From a virus (taxonomy: Duplodnaviria > Heunggongvirae > Uroviricota > Caudoviricetes): a stretch of 27,456 bases of DNA. The notes below the pieces were generated by a model, which had not been told where the DNA came from, made no database searches, and was given only the letters and a program-made list of their open reading frames with translations. The stretch lies in the IMG/VR virus record IMGVR_UViG_3300021431_000008. One strand, 5' to 3'. This document shows, piece after piece, positions 25,280-27,456 of the stretch; the first letter of the stretch is position 1, and each line of letters opens with the position of its first letter. Both the position numbers and the translations under genes were made by a program.

Positions 25280-25685
25280 ATAGATCTTTAAGATTTATAT
25301 AGCGATAACGTTCAATCATGTTATCGCCACGAGAAATAAGGCCTTGACTCAAAGAAACTACAGTCTGATCAGCAAACGCTTTTTGCATAGACTCATACCA
25401 ATTAGAAGCCCGTTTTGCATATCGTTTGCTCTTTTGATAGTTTCTTCTAGCCAACTCAGCTTCCCGTTTATTGCTTCCAATTCGTCTGTTATTCGCTCGT
25501 TTACTATATTTCGTAGATTTATCAAAAGCCTTATCCGACTTTGTAGCTAACTTTTTAAACTTTGTACTAGCCCGTGTATAAGCCTTCTGAGGATCGTGTC
25601 GAACACCCCAACGCATACCTAGGACGCCGTAATGAGCAAGCGAAGGAGAGCCGTTCTCATCAAGGGTAATCATATAATCAGACAA
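25278..25685 (-). CDS. Basic protein with LAHYGVLGMRWGVR motif (about 135 aa); candidate minor head/internal protein
   Basis: The track ATG at 25694 abuts the SD (AAGGAG-ATG), so TTG at 25685 fits the spacing better. The LxHxGxxGM[KR]WGVR motif is one I recognise from head-region genes of related siphoviruses. The body is Lys/Arg-rich. Confidence 0.65.
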   Translation of the reverse strand: MSDYMITLDENGSPSLAHYGVLGMRWGVRHDPQKAYTRASTKFKKLATKSDKAFDKSTKYSKRANNRRIGSNKREAELARRNYQKSKRYAKRASNWYESMQKAFADQTVVSLSQGLISRGDNMIERYRYINLKDL

Positions 25686-25705
25686 TACGATCATCTCCTT
25701 TTATC

Positions 25706-27451
25706 TTATTCAAACATATCCTTATTAACTTTATAGGCAACATAGGCATCCATTAGAGCCGAAACATTATCGATCTTTTCCTGACGGCGCTTCTTTAAGA
25801 GCTTCCTGTTGCCATTCGTATCTTCCTGCGTAATGCAGTTACCCATACAAAACGACATGATCTGCTCGTCGAAATAGAGTTCCCGACGCTCAGCCAAAAT
25901 CTTAAGTTCACCAAGCGGAACCGATTCAGTCTTTACGCCCTGAGGAACTTTCTCGATACCATAAGGTCCGTTATCGATCTCCCAGCGATTAATAAATACC
26001 GGTGCATTATACGGATCGTAACCCAGGCACTGAACATTATAATGTTTCGTATCAATAAACCGATAGAGATCTTCGTAAACTTCTCCAAGATCCAGAACCG
26101 TCGATTCCAGAACAACAAGACTTTCTTCCCGAATGAACTTTTCATACTCGGAGCGAAGAGCTCTTGGTAATTTCTGGAAGGTGTATGATGTAATATAGCT
26201 TCTTGCCTTTACACCGAACCCACCACCGGCAAGAGGAAATAGAAATGTGAACGCGCAAAAGTCGTCGCCTTGAGAAAGGTCAACACCAAGCGAACACATC
26301 ATTCCATCGAAATACTGTCTCCGATGAGGTTTTGTCTCTTCGTACGTAAAGAAGTATGTGTAACCTTCCATCGGAATCCCGAATCGTTTTGCTAAAATAT
26401 CGTTTCGGACCGCTGGGTTCTTTTCAGCTCTGTCAAGCTCGATCTTATAGGTTTCGTAACTTACGGTTGCTCCAAGGTTCGGATTTGCTTTAATCCACAT
26501 GGTAGGATTATTAAGCTCTTTAATGTCGTCAAGCTTATACCACCAGATTGAAACATGCGGATTATAGTAATCCCCTTTCAGGATCTCCATAAGCTCCATT
26601 TTGATTGTGTCGCCGGGACCGTTACGTACAGTACCTTCAGAACTTGTCGCAACAATCAGCCAGTTGTCGACTTTGGCAGCACCCTGTTCCAGAGCACCTA
26701 CGACGTCTTCCTTAACATCACCGGAAAGCCATTCGTCAACGGTAGCATACTTACAGCGAGCACCCTGAAGTTTGTCGATACGCATCGGTCGACTTTCAAG
26801 AATGGAATTTGTTACAAAATTTTCGATGCCTTTCTTGGTCGGAGCAATCTTGACGCGATCAGCTTTACTGCCGGTCGTGTTCTGCAAGGAACCTTCCGTC
26901 ATGAATTTCAGAACTGGTCCCTTAGCACGAGCGATTGCAATCTTAAGCGGAAGTAATGTTTCTTCAGACTGACGAATGGTAGGCGCCGTCACGATCTGAT
27001 CGGTCGCCTCCTCGTCCATGATGAGTCCATAGCCCTGAACGCAAGTGCAATAAACAGACTTTGCAGCACCTCGTCCAACGATAAGATACTGCTTGTTGCG
27101 AAGACGTTTCTTGATCTTACGGATCTCGAAATGACCACCGCTGCCTCTAAGATTCGGAACCCATACACTGCGTTCAACAAAGTAAAACCAGCAGTAAATA
27201 TCTTCCGCCCAAAGCTTAAATGAATCTAGAAGCGTCAGATCTCCACCGTCTGTCAGTGTCAGTTCACCTTCACAAAAGCGAATCCAGCCATCAAGAACAG
27301 TGTCATCATAGTAAAAGCGCGGATCTTCAATCAAGTTGTCTATCAGCGTCATCTGCATCGACACTTCACGATTAACGACGATTTCTCCGCGTAAAACGGC
27401 GTCTCGAAAAGCGCCGTAGTATTTGGGTACAGCGGTATTCGATAAAGCCAT
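25706..27451 (-). CDS. terL: Terminase large subunit, 581 aa
   Basis: Walker A-like GRGAAKS, Walker B ATVDEW, motif III ATSSEG, C-terminal RNase H-like nuclease (LGVDLSQGDDF, GYDPYNA, KIDNVSALMDA). Confidence 0.95.
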   Translation of the reverse strand: MALSNTAVPKYYGAFRDAVLRGEIVVNREVSMQMTLIDNLIEDPRFYYDDTVLDGWIRFCEGELTLTDGGDLTLLDSFKLWAEDIYCWFYFVERSVWVPNLRGSGGHFEIRKIKKRLRNKQYLIVGRGAAKSVYCTCVQGYGLIMDEEATDQIVTAPTIRQSEETLLPLKIAIARAKGPVLKFMTEGSLQNTTGSKADRVKIAPTKKGIENFVTNSILESRPMRIDKLQGARCKYATVDEWLSGDVKEDVVGALEQGAAKVDNWLIVATSSEGTVRNGPGDTIKMELMEILKGDYYNPHVSIWWYKLDDIKELNNPTMWIKANPNLGATVSYETYKIELDRAEKNPAVRNDILAKRFGIPMEGYTYFFTYEETKPHRRQYFDGMMCSLGVDLSQGDDFCAFTFLFPLAGGGFGVKARSYITSYTFQKLPRALRSEYEKFIREESLVVLESTVLDLGEVYEDLYRFIDTKHYNVQCLGYDPYNAPVFINRWEIDNGPYGIEKVPQGVKTESVPLGELKILAERRELYFDEQIMSFCMGNCITQEDTNGNRKLLKKRRQEKIDNVSALMDAYVAYKVNKDMFE

Positions 27452-27456
27452 TTTGA

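Larger units (their letters stand above)
1..27456 (-). mobile_element. Siphovirus-type phage/prophage structural (late) operon; no attachment sites or integrase in window
   Basis: Co-directional, tightly packed genes in the order terminase-portal-protease/capsid-head closure-tail terminator-major tail-chaperones-tape measure-Dit-Tal-fibres, with many TGATG/ATGA/TAATG overlaps. No sheath gene. Free phage versus prophage cannot be decided from this window. Confidence 0.97.

Noticed and set aside
358-26972. The many other plus-strand ORFs in the track (for example 1257..1964, 8014..8850, 12458..13183, 17401..17952, 21336..21911)
   Set aside because: All lie antisense to well-supported minus-strand genes, lack RBS and motifs, and read as shadow frames.
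1-27456. tRNA, rRNA, CRISPR array, introns/inteins, stop-codon reassignment
   Set aside because: There is no intergenic space long enough for RNA genes or arrays. The terminase, portal and capsid ORFs are uninterrupted and of normal length under the standard code.

Overview
The whole window is the late (virion morphogenesis) operon of a long-tailed dsDNA phage or prophage of siphovirus type. Every credible gene is on the minus strand. In transcription order (right to left): terminase large subunit; a 135-138 aa protein with a YGVLGMRWGVR motif; a 391 aa charged helical protein; two membrane/holin-like genes; a 330 aa paralog of the 391 aa protein; portal; one ORF fusing prohead protease, scaffold-like linker and major capsid protein; head-closure; tail terminator; major tail protein followed by an intrinsic terminator; two tail chaperone-type genes; an HK97 gp10-like neck gene; a 2465 aa tape measure; Dit-like and Tal-like tail-tip genes; and a run of baseplate/fibre/adhesin-like genes ending in a truncated CBM5/12-like ORF that the ORF track misses. 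Strong GGAGG(TG) Shine-Dalgarno sites suggest a Bacillota-type host (inference only). No integrase, replication genes, endolysin, RNA genes, CRISPR array or reverse transcriptase are visible. The most interesting signals concern head assembly. (1) Three non-capsid proteins share an N-terminal leader S[DN]Y[MV]Ix[LI]DENGxPxL[AS]H that ends in the same [IL]-x-H motif found six times in the linker of the capsid precursor, suggesting a protease-cleaved capsid-cargo system. (2) Two in-frame internal starts with strong SD sites are nested in the capsid precursor. (3) A copy of the scaffold repeat sits at the portal C-terminus. (4) An exact intergenic 15-mer AAATTCAAAATGGAA recurs, and its ATG opens mini-ORFs that stop on or next to downstream start codons. 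All functional assignments come from motif reading and synteny; no searches were run.
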